The position numbers and the translations under genes were made by a program. The notes beneath the pieces are model-generated. The model did not search any database and was not told the origin of the DNA. It saw nothing but the letters and a program-made list of their open reading frames with translations. Of a DNA stretch of 64,000 bases, positions 12,407 through 24,977 are shown one piece after another. Within the stretch, counting starts at the first letter, position 1. Each line of letters begins with the position of its first letter. Source of the stretch: Macrostomum lignano (Eukaryota); the NCBI GenBank assembly GCA_002269645.1, contig NIVC01002158.1, positions 62,001-126,000 on the forward strand, read 5' to 3'.

Positions 12407-12651
12407 CCCCTGACGCACACAGATACGCATGCAGTGGCAGATTTTACAACGTTCCTGATTTTCTCATTAACATAAAGTCAAGAAAATTAAATACAATACG
12501 TATTTCTACACTACTAATAGTTAAGGCATAGAAATGGAATAGAAAATTTGTACCTACAATTCCGTAAAAAATAAAACATACTACTTAGAAAAGTAGCAGC
12601 AACCGAACCGAGAAGCTAAAGTACATCATTTTATATCTGATTTTTTTCTAG

Positions 12652-12774
12652 GAAAGCAGCGTGGCCAGCAGCCGGCGGGAGTCAGCCTCGCATCACGGCA
12701 GCAACCACAGAGTCTGCGATGGCTCAGACAGCTCGGCTCAAAATCTGCTGACGGAGGCTGTGCAGCTTCATCAG
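12652..12774 (+). CDS. MPDZ: Exon 3: 41-aa linker ESSVASSRRES...EAVQLHQ
   Basis: tttttttctag| acceptor, CAG|GTACTG donor, phase 0-0, open frame, GC-rich against AT-rich flanks. Confidence 0.75.
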
Positions 12775-12996
12775 GTACTGAGCAAGCAGGCTGCTGCTTT
12801 TTTTCCCATTGTATCTGTCTCGATTCCGTCCCCGGCTCCACAGGTCGCTTGGGAATTGCCGCTTTTTATGAGTAACACAAGGGAGCTGTATAATTCACTG
12901 AGAAGAGATTTACTATTGGAGGCCTTGCTTTATAAAACATATTGCCATCACCGGAAGGCACTTTACTACTGCACCTTCCCAATGCGTCCTTGCCGA

Positions 12997-13329
12997 TACA
13001 CACCTTTCTAATCCACACCTTTCTAATCCACACCTTTCTAATCCACACCTTTCTAATCCACACCTTTCTAATCTACACCTTTCTAATCCACACCTTTCTA
13101 ATCCACACCTTTCTAATCCACACCTTTCTAATCCACACCTTTCTAATCCACACCTTTCTAATCCACACCTTTCTAATCCACACCTTTCTAATCCACACCT
13201 TTCTAATCTACACCTTTCTAATCCACACCTTTCTAATCCACACCTTTCTAATCCACACCTTTCTAATCCACACCTTTCTAATCCACACAGTCCTAATACA
13301 CGCCGTCCTAATACACACCTTTCTAATCC
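12997..13329. repeat. 15-bp minisatellite (CACACCTTTCTAATC)n
   Basis: Direct inspection. Confidence 0.95.
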
Positions 13330-13368
13330 ATCTGTCTTAATCCGACCTTCATTTCTTCATTATCTGCC

Positions 13369-13820
13369 CTATCCAAATCCACACTATCTAAATCCGCCCC
13401 CATCCAAATCCGCCCCCATCCCAATCCGCCCCATCCAAATCCGCCCCCATCCAAATCCACCCCATCCAAATCCGCCCCCATCCAAATCCGCCCCCATCCA
13501 AATCCACCCCCATCCCAATCCGCCCCATCCAAATCCGCCCCCATCCAAATCCACTCTATCTAAATCCGCCCCCATCCAAATCCGCCCCCATCCCAATCCG
13601 CCCCCATCCCAATCCGCCCCATCCAAATCCGCCCCCATCCAAATCCACCCCATCCAAATCCGCCCCCATCCAAATCCACCCCCATCCAAATCCGCCCCCA
13701 TCCAAATCCGCCCCCATCCAAATCTGCCCCCATCCGAATCCGCCCCCATCCAAATCCACCCCCATACAAATCCGCCCCCATCCAATTAAATCCGCTCAAT
13801 CCCCATCCGCCCCATTCAAA
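13369..13820. repeat. 15-bp C-rich minisatellite (CCCCATCCAAATCCG)n; G-rich on the minus strand
   Basis: Direct inspection. Confidence 0.93.
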
Positions 13821-14367
13821 TCTGTGTCATCCAAATGATTTTGATTTATTGATTGCAAACAAAAAGATTAGTTTTAAGCCTGAGTTCTGCTCAGCTGACA
13901 ACAGGCAGGGAAGAAGCATTCGCGGAGCTGCCCAGAGCAAAACTCGGTTCTGATTCAAGCAAAATTGAAAGCTTTTTCTGCTTTTGAACAGTCGAGTCGG
14001 ATGATTTCGAGACAGGGGGTCTGGGGGAAATAGAGGAGAGATGGAGTTGAATTTAAGCGCGAGATGAGGAAGGAAGCTGTGCGGTCTGATTCAGCGGGTC
14101 CGGGGGGGGGAGAAGGCGGAGGCGGGCATCAGACAGTCCCAGAGGAGGACGAAGAGCGGGGAATTATTCAGAGAATCTGGGCCGGGCAAATCTCCATCAT
14201 CTGGCCATCTTGCCATCTTTTCCCGTCAGAGCGTTATAGGACGATCCTTTGACGCATCGAGTATGAATTTGTTGCTTCATCTTATCACCCAAAGTGGTCC
14301 GCAGTAATCTTCCGGTGGCGGCCACTATTGAAGTCGTTTACAAGGACATCGTGTACTCGTATTTCAG

Positions 14368-14578
14368 CCTCCGGAAGACATTCCGGCCAGCTGCTTTGAA
14401 AATCCGGAAGCATCGCCAAGCAACGGTCAGGCTGAAGCAGAAGAGGAACAAGCCGACAGCAAGGAGCAGGAAATGTCCAGACTGTCACCTGATGAGGAGA
14501 TGCTGTGGGTCGACCTGGAGAAGGGCAGTCAGGGTCTGGGCATCACCATCGCTGGATACGTTGGGGAGACGCTGGAAA
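14368..14578 (+). CDS. MPDZ: Exon 4: linker plus N-terminal part of PDZ3
   Basis: atttcag| acceptor (phase 0), GAAA|GTGAGT donor (phase 1). Encodes ...EEMLWVDLEKGSQGLGITIAGYVGETLE, matching MPDZ PDZ3 (VELTKNVQGLGITIAGYIG). Confidence 0.93.
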
Positions 14579-14631
14579 GTGAGTGCGGCTGATGTGGGCT
14601 ACCTGAGTAGATACCTTACTCTCACCTGAAA

Positions 14632-15621
14632 AGCATCAATAAACACACTGAGCACTGTCCCATTGTCACTTAAGCAGCATCAATAAACACACTGAGCACT
14701 GTCCCATTGTCACCTGAGCAGCATCAGTAAACACACTGAGCACTGTCTCATTGTCACCTGAGCAGCATCAATAAACACACTGAGCAGTGTCCCATTGTCA
14801 CCTGAGCAGCATCAATAAACACACTGAGCACTGTCCCATTGTCACTTAAGCAGCATCAATAAACACACTGAGCACTGTCCCATTGTCACCTGAGCAGCAT
14901 CAGTAAACACACTGAGCACTGTCCCATTGTCACCTGAGCAGCATCAATAAACACACTGAGCACTGTCCCATTGTCACCTGAGCAGCATCAGTAAACACAC
15001 TGAGCAGTGTCCCATGGTCACCTGAGGATCATCAATAAACACACTGAGCAGTGTCCCATTGTCACCTGAGGATCATCAATAAACACACTGAGCAGCATCA
15101 ATAAACACACTGAGCAGCATCAGTAAACACACTGAGCACTGTCTCATTGTCACCTGAGGATCATCAATAAACACACTGAGCAGCATCAATAAACACACTG
15201 AGCAGTGTCCCATTGTCACCTGAGCAGCATCAATAAACACACTGAGCACTGTCTCATTGTCACCTGAGCAGCATCAATAAACACACTGAGCACTGTCCCA
15301 TTGTCACTTAAGCAGCATCAATAAACACACTGAGCACTGTCCCATTGTCACCTGAGCAGCATCAGTAAACACACTGAGCACTGTCCCATTGTCACCTGAG
15401 CAGCATCAATAAACACACTGAGCACTGTCTCATTGTCACCTGAGCAGCATCAATAAACACACTGAGCACTGTCCCATTGTCACCTGAGCAGCATCAATAA
15501 ACACACTGAGCACTGTCTCATTGTCACCTGAGCAGCATCAGTAAACACACTGAGCAGTGTCCCATTGTCACCTGAGCAGCATCAATAAACACACTGAGCA
15601 CTGTCCCATTGTCACCTGAGG
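14632..15621. repeat. 44-bp minisatellite AGCAGCATCAATAAACACACTGAGCACTGTCCCATTGTCACCTG filling intron 4
   Basis: Period 44 (14761 to 14805), with some truncated units. Confidence 0.95.
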
Positions 15622-15653
15622 ATCAGCCAGCTCACCCAACCAACTCACTGCAG

Positions 15654-15745
15654 GCAAAGTGAACGGCATTTTTGTGAAGAGTGTCGCAGAGGAGAGCGCA
15701 GCGGGCCGAGACGGGCGACTCAAAGTAAACGACAGAATCGTTGAG
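15654..15745 (+). CDS. MPDZ: Exon 5: middle of PDZ3
   Basis: cactgcag| acceptor (phase 1), GAG|GTGAGC donor (phase 0). (S)KVNGIFVKSVAEESAAGRDGRLKVNDRIVE. Confidence 0.95.
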
Positions 15746-16307
15746 GTGAGCCGAGTTAGTTTTTCTCAAACCAATTTCCATCTAGAAGTCCAAGTTAAGC
15801 AGAGCTGGTCGCGGTTAGTCAAATCAAGCAGAGCTCCACGCGGTAAAAGTGCTACAAGTGTCACGCGCCATTATTTCGGTCAAATGTCTGTTTAATGAAG
15901 TGCTCGGATGAGCTGGGCTAGGATGAGAGTTGACAACAACTGTAGCCAGGGGGGAGAAGGGACAAAGCGCCAGGGATGGGACAAAGGACTGAAGAGGGAT
16001 TTGAGATTGGCGGCCTGAGCAGGGAGTTTGCGCACGCGAAAGCAACAACCGGATCTCATGCGGGCACGCAGGGCCTGCCGTGACTTCAAAAGAAATTTTG
16101 CTATTCGACAGCTACACTAATTTCACACTGGGGAGGCGATTTGAGCTCAGGTAGCAGAGCGATTGAGATTAGCTCGGCAAAAACAGCCCGCGGAGTGTCT
16201 TGCTGATAAACGGAAATTAAAAACAGGCCCTTTATTCAAAGCAAATTCTATCTTATATAGGACACAATTCGATAAATATGGAAAGATGGATTAAAAAGAT
16301 AATTAGG

Positions 16308-16880
<573 letters not shown>

Positions 16881-17971
16881 GAATGGATCCGTCAGTTGCC
16901 ATGGAGACACGCCACGCTCGAATTCCGCTTTGAATGCCAGGCTAATGATGAAGCTGCTCTCGGCAAATATAGAATTCGAGATCCTATACGTGGAGGCCGG
17001 GACTAATTACTCGCAGCAAGGAGAGGCTGCAAAAAAATCTGTAAAAAATGAGACGCCAGGGTAGCAAGAATCCGATCAAAGGGAGAGAGGCGGGCTGACA
17101 GAGATGGAAAAGTCATCCGTATAAATTTTAATTATGATCGAATCTCTGCTAATTCCGCCTCCCAGCCAGCCAGATCCGCTAATTAAGCTTGCCGAGTTTG
17201 AGTAGGAAAAATTTTGCTCAAAAGAAATTATTAGACCCGCACGAGTGCCTGCTATAAAGCGATCTACGATACATATCGTTAGCTTTTTAGTGGCCCAGCT
17301 GGGCAGAATTTTCACAAAGTACATGCATGGACTTCTTCAGCCGTCTTCAGCTCCGAAGTTTCAACTGTTTCCCCAGCCTCTAAGCTACATCAAATATTTG
17401 GGCAAAAGCTTAATGGACAATCTTTCAAGCAAGCAGTTCTTCTTCCAGCAGTCTTCCGAGAGCCCCCAGTTGAAAACTTGAAGAGCGGCGCATCCCGGCT
17501 TAGCAAAAGCATGCCGTGCCGCCGCTGGGCCTCGTCAAGTGGCGGCCCGACCAGGCGGGGAAGACAAACCGAAGGAAGGGGAGGAGGAAGGAAGGAATCG
17601 GCAAGATCGAAAAAGGAATCTGCGCCAAGGAAGCAAGCCGCTTGGCGATCCTATCTTCATCCCAAAATCCCCTCGCCGCCCAAAGCCATGCTGCAAAAGT
17701 CTCGACACTTTGAGAGGCCTCTGCGCCCCCTCCCTTGGCTTGATTCGCCTGCCTGCTGTTGCTGCGTGCACACGCGGAGAAGCTGGGCCCCGCGCTGGGT
17801 CTCTGGGTGCGCCGGACTGCAAACAGATTCACTTCAGGCCTTACACTGTCTGCCCCTCTCACCCATTATTTGATTGGTCTTAGCCAGGGTAGACTGACGT
17901 TAGAAATCTGGACTGTAGGGCGATGTTTTTCAGCTTAAACATTAATTAATGCCCACGAGGTTACTCTAATT

Positions 17972-18785
17972 TAGTGGTGTACGCATAGGCGGGTGGCGCG
18001 AGCGGTCTGCTTCCTCCCACAGTTGCCGTAAAATAAAATTTGCGCAACCAAGTTTGATAAAAGTTAGGAAGGTCAGCTGTTGCCACCTTTTGGACGTGGC
18101 ATCCACCGACGTAGAAGTCAGGGCTAGGGGCGCCAACCAAAAGACAAAGACGCCCAGTACCAATAGACAGGGACGCCCAGTACCAATAGACAGGGACGCC
18201 CAGTACCAATAGACAGGGACGCCCAGTACCAAGAGACAGGGACGCCCAGTACCAATAGACAGGGACGCCCAGTACCAAGAGACAGGGACGCCCAGTAATA
18301 ATAGACAGGGATGCCTAGTACCAATAGACAGGGACGCCTAGTACCAATAGACAGGGACGCCTAGTACCAATAGACAGGGATGCCTAGTACCAATAGACAG
18401 GGACGCCTAGTACCAATAGACAGGGACGCCCAGTACCAAGAGACAGGGACGCCCAGTACCAATAGACAGGGATGCCTAGTACCAATAGACAGGGACGCCT
18501 AGTACCAATAGACAGGGACGCCTAGTACCAATAGACAGGGATGCCTAGTACCAATAGACAGGGACGCCTAGTACCAATAGACAGGGCACCCACCAAGAGA
18601 CAGGGTCGCCAACCAACAGACAGGGTCGCCAACCAACAGACAGGGGCACCCACCAAGAGACAGGGTCGCCAACCAACAGACAGGGTCGCCCACCAAGAGA
18701 CAGTGGAGCACCCACTAAGACACCAAATATTGGCGCCCCTTAAGGGCGCCCCTTCCTCGAATTACAACTCCTTCGTACGCCACAG
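17972..18785. mobile_element. Non-autonomous hAT-type element (MITE) carrying a 23-bp minisatellite
   Basis: Imperfect TIRs TAGTGGTGTACG ... CGTACGCCACAG (CAGTGGCGTA type). Flanking 8-bp TSD CTCTAATT (17964-17971) / CTTTAATT (18786-18793), 7/8 identical. Confidence 0.8.
18147..18712. repeat. 23-bp minisatellite (TACCAATAGACAGGGACGCCCAG)n grading into a shorter variant, inside the hAT MITE
   Basis: Period 23 (18181 to 18204). Confidence 0.93.
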
Positions 18786-19162
18786 CTTTAATTTGTACAT
18801 AGGATATAGTTAAATTCTCAAATGCGTTCGGATCTTAATAACATTTCCAGAAATTTATTTGGTAAAAGCTAGTTGTCAGAGCTCCGCAACCAGTCCAGGC
18901 TCTCTGTTCAAAAATATAGGACTCCCTTGCCCGGCCAATGATGGCGAAGATCGGCAGTTTGCACAGACGGCGAGACAGAACGAAACTTGGGCTGGTGGGA
19001 CGACAGGGTTGGGCCAGATGTGCGCAGGCCACGCTGTGCATGAGCAAAACATACTAAAAAACTGAAGACAGCAGTGCGTTCTTCCCTCGAGATAGACTGC
19101 AGCGGGACTGAAGATTTATTGCGAAACTTTAAGCGCTAACACCCCGGGTTTCCTACGCGCAG

Positions 19163-19298
19163 GTTGACAACCAAAGCCTAGACGGCCTGAGCAATCACGA
19201 GGCGGTTGAATTACTGAAACGCACTGGCAGCACAGTGCGACTGAAGGTACTGCGGTATCGGCGAGGCCCGGTTTTCGACCAGCTGCAGGCCGGCACAG
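19163..19298 (+). CDS. MPDZ: Exon 6: C-terminal part of PDZ3 (not in the ORF track)
   Basis: cgcgcag| acceptor (phase 0), ACAG|GTGCGT donor (phase 1). VDNQSLDGLSNHEAVELLKRTGSTVRLKVLRYRRGPVFDQLQAGT completes the PDZ fold, with His at alphaB1. Confidence 0.95.
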
Positions 19299-19400
19299 GT
19301 GCGTTTTGGGGTTCAGTTTGGTTACTAATACTAATTATAATTATAATACAGAAAGATTATTGAGCAAGGCGATCTGAATAGATATACGCTCGTAGGTAGA

Positions 19401-19815
19401 GAGATGGATGGAGATGGATGGAGATGGATGGAGATGGATGGAGATGGATGGAGATGGATGTAGATGGATGGAGATGGATGGAGATGGATGGAGATGGATG
19501 GAGATGGATGGAGATGGATGGAGATGGATGTAGATGGATGGAGATGGATGGAGATGGATGGAGATGGATGGAGATGGATGGAGATGGATGGAGATGGATG
19601 TAGATGGATGGAGATGGATGGAGATGGATGGAGATGGATGGAGATGGATGGAGATGGATGGAGATGGATGGAGATGGATGAAGATGGATGAAGATGGATG
19701 GTGATGGATGGAGATGTATGGAGATGGATGGAGATGGATGGAGATGGATGGAGATGGATGGAGATGGATGGAGATGGATGGAGATGGATGGAGATGGATG
19801 GAGATGGATGGAGAT
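19401..19815. repeat. 10-bp repeat (GAGATGGATG)n
   Basis: Direct inspection. Confidence 0.97.
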
Positions 19816-20549
19816 ATATTTACGTGGATAGATATGGGATAGATATGGATGGATATAAATATGGATAGTAAGGAATAATCATGTTGACTAGAATAGTGCA
19901 GGCCCAAACAGAACTGACTATTGCACTCAGAGAATAATAAGCAGAAAATATGAGCCCATGGAAAACATCAAAACAGTTCATGCTCTTAATCGAGAAGTCA
20001 CGAATGCTTTTCATTCTCTGACTAAGCATTCAGATTTCCCATATACAGATATTTGAATTTCTGCATATCTTTTGGCTCAGTTTCTTAATCCTTAGACAGC
20101 TAAAAGCGGTTTTAAAATCAGCAGAATCTGTGTTTAAACAGGCCCAGGAAAAGCCTTTTTAATGCTTTTTTGCTCATAAGCAGCTGTTGTGTCTGTTGGG
20201 TAGGAAAATTTAACCTCGCATTGAAAAGATGGGCTGTACGAGATTGTCTAACCTGGCCCATCTGTCACGCAGGACTCATGTATCCCTGCTCGTCCATGCG
20301 AATTAATTAAGCTAATTAATTTATTATAGTTAATCAATATTCCATGAGAGTCTCCTGAGGCGTGGCTCATCTCACGGGATATTCGCGCACATGGGGTGTA
20401 TTGCTGATGTGCTGATAAACTGGCTGGGGATTCAGAGACCCGTGCATATCAGAATGGCTGACTTGATGCAAGCGTTGCCATATGCAGAAAAGTGTCACAT
20501 GAAAGTTGCAAATCACTGAAACTTTTTCGATAGCGGAATGTCTATCTTT

Positions 20550-22766
20550 CTTATGACGTGACTGTCAGTCTCTCTAGTCATGTGTCTGTCTTTCTCATGA
20601 CGTGAGTGTCAGCCTCTTTGGTGATGTGTCTGTCGTTCTCATGACGTGACTGTCAGCCTCTTTGGCGATGTGTCTGTCTTTCTCATGACATAACTGTCAG
20701 ACTGTCCGGCGATGTGTCTGTCTTTCTCATGACGTGACTGTCAGCCTGTCTGGCGATGTATCTGTCTTTCTCATGACGTGACTGTCAGCCTGTCTGGCGA
20801 TGTATCTGTCTTTCTCATGACGTGAGTGTCAGCCTGTCTGGCGATGTGTCTGTCTTTCTCATGACATAACTGTCAGCCTGTCCGGCGATGTCTGTCTTTC
20901 TCATGACGTGACTGTCAGCCTGTCTGGCGATGTGTCTGTCTTTCTCATGACATAACTGTCAGCCTGTCCGGCGATGTCTGTCTTTCTCATGACGTGACTG
21001 TCAGCCTGTCTGGCGATGTGTCTGTCTTTCTCATGACGTGACTGTCAGCCTGTCTGGCGATGTATCTGTCTTTCTCATGACGTGACTGTCAGCCTGTCTG
21101 GCGATGTATCTGTCTTTCTCATGACGTGACTGTCAGCCTCTCTGTCGATGTGTCTGTCTTTCTCATGACATAACTGTCAGCCTCTCTGTCGATGTGTCTG
21201 TCTTTCTCACGACGTGACTGTCAGCCTCTTTGGCGATGTGTCTGTCTTTCTCATGACATAACTGTCAGACTGTCCGGCGATGTGTCTGTCTTTCTCATGA
21301 CGTGACTGTCAGCCTCTTTGGCGATGTATCTGTCTTTCTCATGACGTGACTGTCAGCCTGTCTGGCGATGTATCTGTCTTTCTCATGACGTGAGTGTCAG
21401 CCTGTCTGGCGATGTGTCTGTCTTTCTCATGACATAACTGTCAGCCTGTCCGGCGATGTCTGTCTTTCTCATGACGTGACTGTCAGCCTGTCTGGCGATG
21501 TGTCTGTCTTTCTCATGACGTGACTGTCAGCCTGTCTGGCGATGTATCTGTCTTTCTCATGACGTGACTGTCAGCCTGTCTGGCGATGTATCTGTCTTTC
21601 TCATGACGTGACTGTCAGCCTCTCTGTCGATGTGTCTGTCTTTCTCATGACATAACTGTCAGCCTCTCTGTCGATGTGTCTGTCTTTCTCATGACGTGAC
21701 TGTCAGCCTGTCTGGCGATGTGTCTGTCTTTCTCATGACGTGACTGTCAGCCTGTCTGGCGATGTATCTGTCTTTCTCATGACGTGACTGTCAGCCTGTC
21801 TGGCGATGTATCTGTCTTTCTCATGACGTGACTGTCAGCCTCTCTGTCGATGTGTCTGTCTTTCTCATGACATAACTGTCAGCCTCTCTGTCGATGGATC
21901 TGTCTTTCTCATGACGTGACTGTCAGCCTCTTTGGCGATGTGTCTGTCTTTCTCATGACATAACTGTCAGACTGTCCGGCGATGTGTCTGTCTTTCTCAT
22001 GACGTGACTGTCAGCCTGTCTGGCGATGTATCTGTCTTTCTCATGACGTGACTGTCAGCCTGTCTGGCGATGTATCTGTCTTTCTCATGACGTGAGTGTC
22101 AGCCTGTCTGGCGATGTGTCTGTCTTTCTCATGACATAACTGTCAGCCTGTCCGGCGATGTCTGTCTTTCTCATGACGTGACTGTCAGCCTGTCTGGCGA
22201 TGTGTCTGTCTTTCTCATGACGTGACTGTCAGCCTGTCTGGCGATGTATCTGTCTTTCTCATGACGTGACTGTCAGCCTGTCTGGCGATGTATCTGTCTT
22301 TCTCATGACGTGACTGTCAGCCTGTCTGGCGATGGATCTGTCTTTCTCATGACGTGACTGTCAGCCTGTCTGGCGATGTATCTGTCTTTCTCATGACGTG
22401 ACTGTCAGCCTGTCTGGCGATGTATCTGTCTTTCTCATGACGTGACTGTCAGCCTCTTTGGTGATGTGTCTGTCGTTCTCATGACGTGACTGTCAGCCTG
22501 TCTGGCGATGGATCTGTCTTTCTCATGACGTGACTGTCAGCCTCTTTGGTGATGTGTCTGTCGTTCTCATGACGTGACTGTCAGCCTGTCTGGCGATGGA
22601 TCTGTCTTTCTCATGACGTGACTGTCAGCCTCTTTGGTGATGTGTCTGTCGTTCTCATGACGTGACTGTCAGCCTGTCTGGCGATGTATCTGTCTTTCTC
22701 ATGACGTGACTGTCAGCCTCTTTGGTGATGTGTCTGTCGTTCTCATGACGTGACTGTCAGCCTGTT
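20550..22766. repeat. 2.2-kb, 44-bp minisatellite TCAGCCTGTCTGGCGATGTGTCTGTCTTTCTCATGACGTGACTG (about 50 copies, higher-order variant blocks)
   Basis: Period 44 (21001 to 21045), with occasional 42-bp units. Confidence 0.97.
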
Positions 22767-23769
22767 GCGATGTGTCTGTCTTTTTCATAATAAATCAGTC
22801 TTAATGCGTCATATTTCTATGAGTTTACTTATGTTTTGCGGTTGTTTACCTTTAGTAAAAGGTCACAATTCCTCCAAACTGACGCGTTTAGTTGTCTTTA
22901 TTTGCATTTTGATTGTCTTTGCCGTTCATTTGCCAATTTCGCTGTCAATCAGAGCTCAAAATCGAATGGCTTTGCGGTCCAAAGCTGCTGTGCATATTTA
23001 GGCAAAGTTAATCAACCGGATTTTTATCTAATAGGCAGTTTTCCCACTGCTAGAGTTGGAAAGATTGTGCGGTGCTGAGAAGGGTTGGGTGATAAAATCG
23101 GTTGGAGAAACGAGATTTCCCAGTCCTAGCAGCCAACTGCATCGCACATAGTTGGCAATACCATGAGGGAGCATTGTGGCAGATTTTGGACTGAGTGACG
23201 TACACGAGGGAGTTGCATTTGCTCCGCTTGCCGCAAATAATTGACTGACGCGCGTTTGGGGAAGATTCCCCACCCCGTCACTTCCTTCTCTTTCTCTCCT
23301 CACTTCCCCGTGAGTCGGGAAGTCTTCCCCAGAAGAATTTCCATTCATAAAGTGAGCGCCACTACGCCTAATTTCGAATCCTTCCAAAATCGATTTCTGT
23401 CGTTCGGAATGCTTCTCGGAAAATGAGAATGACAGTTCCACAGGACATGCTTCCTGCATTCGTCTTTTGCTTGCCTGTCAAGCCTGATGTGTCGTATGGG
23501 CTAAGCAAGAAGAAAACTAGAGAAATAAGAATGGATGCTCTATTAAATTACGAAAGACGTAATTGTGGGAAATCCGGAATCTGTCCATAGAGTCGCGTAG
23601 GCTGTAGCGACAGACAGTGACAGTAACAGTTGACACGTGAGTGCAAGGCTGACCAAATAATCTGTGAAATGAAAGATTTTTGAGATTGCAAAACCAGATA
23701 TTCTTGAATCCTGAATGAACTTGGCGAACAAAAATTGTAAATTGTTACTCGAACCCTGCCCTTCCGCAG

Positions 23770-23979
23770 CCAACACTCCGCCGCCCCTGCACCGCTCCGT
23801 CTCAGTGACCGCCGCAACCCGAGGCGGTCAGACCCAGGCGAAGCGGCATCAGCAGCCGTTGCGTCAGGCTCATTCGCTGCAGGCAACCAGCGGAGACGGC
23901 AGCTGCTGCGACGAAAACGACGCCGAGTTCAAGGACAGGCGGGTGACGAACTCGACTGCCGTGTCGGTAGAGGCGCCGA
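23770..23979 (+). CDS. MPDZ: Exon 7: 70-codon linker ANTPPPLHRSVS...AVSVEAP
   Basis: cccttccgcag| acceptor and CCGA|GTGAGT donor, phase 1-1. This is the phase needed between exons 6 and 8. Confidence 0.8.
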
Positions 23980-24732
23980 GTGAGTCTGGTCGATGCCCTG
24001 AACAATACGTGCAGTGGCACTTATTATATAGTTTCTCAGCACTTCAGGTGCACACTAAGCACTAAATCGAAAAATTCTGTGTTTGTAAATTAGAATAATC
24101 TAAGATAAAGTTGTACACAGTAGTCAAATATCATTCGCGCTTGAACCAAAACGATAAGATGAAAGCGTTCACTAGCTACCTTGTCTGTGTTTGTTAGCTG
24201 GCATTTCTGCTTTCCCTGTAATACACTGTTTGCTGTCTGTCAAATCTGGAGGGAACAAAAAATCGAGGCAAATTGGAGTATTCGGTCGCGAAACTGCAGT
24301 GTCATTGATGCTGTGGCTGAGGGCGACATCGTGAACTTCGGCCAGCACGTAACGCAGAAAGATAGGGGTGGGGTAGAGACTGAAGAGCCCGTTCTATAAA
24401 GCCATCGTCAAATAAGATCGTGCTTAGCTCCCATCTCCGCAGTGTAAAAGTTCCGACGTACGATCGAACTTACGCTACGACAGCTTTATAGTACGACCCG
24501 TACATGAGGTTTGTAGACGCTTTTGTACCCTGGATCGGCGGGGCAAATCATTGATCTTATTAGGCTGCTTAACCGAGCTTGTAAATTCATTACGTAGCCA
24601 CGCTGCAGAATCTGAGCAGGATTGAAGCAATGCATCCTATGGAGTTATTTGATTTTCCTGTGGTTAGGCAGGATTTCTCTCTGTTTCTCTATTAAACTGG
24701 AGTATCGAAAATATTAGGGTTTTTTCTAAATA

Positions 24733-24977
24733 CGAGGGCTGTTCTTTAAGTCCTTTTCCGTTTGAGTATAGCTCAGGCTGCAGAGGTCTGATTGCAAGTC
24801 AATCACTTTTGCTATAAAGAATAATGGCATTTTTAAAGGGTATTTTCAAATGATTTTTGTGTCAAAAGAAGCATATAAGAGGTAAAAGTTCTACCGGTTT
24901 TCAAAAACCGGTCTGCAGTCGAACCTCTGCAGCTTGAGCTATACTCAAAAGTAAAAGGACTTACGGAACACTCCTCG
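24733..24977. mobile_element. Tc1/mariner-type MITE, 245 bp
   Basis: TA on both sides (24731-32, 24978-79). 54-bp TIRs starting CGAGG(G/A), 47/54 identical: cgagggctgttctttaagtccttttccgtttgagtatagctcaggctgcagagg versus the reverse complement of 24924-24977. Confidence 0.9.

Noticed and set aside
17478-17883. GC-rich cluster of overlapping ORFs in intron 5
   Set aside because: Open on both strands in several frames, no homology recognised, and no compatible splice sites. It also interrupts PDZ3, so it is unlikely to be a cassette.
20550-22766. CRISPR-like appearance of the regular 44-bp, 26-bp (38672) and 22-bp (41896) arrays
   Set aside because: Head-to-tail repeats without unique spacers, no cas genes, and a eukaryotic intron context.
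23241-23315. GTGAGT donor at 23310 with a short upstream frame
   Set aside because: Phase 0, incompatible with the phase-1 acceptor of exon 7, and no ATG.
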